Positions 63,870 through 64,000 of a stretch of 64,000 nucleotides of DNA are shown here, piece by piece (the stretch's first letter is position 1; every line of letters starts with the position of its first letter). Source of the DNA: Eledone cirrhosa (lineage: Eukaryota); the NCBI GenBank assembly GCA_964016885.1, contig OZ024743.1, forward strand, positions 358,608,001 to 358,672,000. The letters run 5' to 3'. A program made the translations under genes and the position numbers. Below the pieces are notes generated by a model that saw nothing but the letters and a program-made list of their open reading frames with translations, had not been told where the DNA came from and did no database searches.

Positions 63870-64000
63870 TCGACCCCAGTACTAGACTGCTACTTTTTTT
63901 TTTATCAACCTCGAAATGATGAAAGGCGAAGTTGACTTCGGCGTGATTTGAACTCAGAAAGCAAAGAGCCGGAACGAATACCATAAAGCATTCTTATCCG
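63870..64000 (-). mobile_element. older SINE copy running off the window
   Basis: GATGAAAGGCGAAGTTGACTTCGGCGTGATTTGAACTCAGA. Confidence 0.75.

Noticed and set aside
63709-63984. ORF containing GPYICEI (zinc-finger-like)
   Set aside because: Lacks the second Cys and the His pair; its 5' part is SINE sequence

Overview
Eukaryotic, AT-rich, microsatellite-dense DNA. The repeat repertoire plus a linker-only tandem C2H2 gene suggest an octopus/coleoid cephalopod (inference). One clear host gene: a 10-finger C2H2 zinc-finger CDS on the minus strand (10390..9509). Most of the rest is mobile DNA. This includes one RTE LINE with an intact 1039-aa ORF (APE + RT with a C4HC3 PHD-like finger inserted inside the RT), many decayed RTE, R4/Dong and CRE-like fragments, and four Penelope-like (GIY-YIG) fragments, one of them Naiad-like. 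There are also three tRNA-SINE types, two Helitron copies, TTAA/hAT/9-bp-TSD MITEs and a mariner relic. Less obvious structure: about eight type I hammerhead ribozyme motifs, two of them back-to-back in a 388-bp palindrome, and several fold-back palindromes. Also a SINE whose tail is a mosaic of two LINE families, an inverted near-identical LINE pair bracketing the ZNF exon, and a 5.7-kb tandem duplication whose second copy lacks the LINE. Boundaries were read by eye; those of decayed elements are approximate, and family names come from motif recognition, not database searches.
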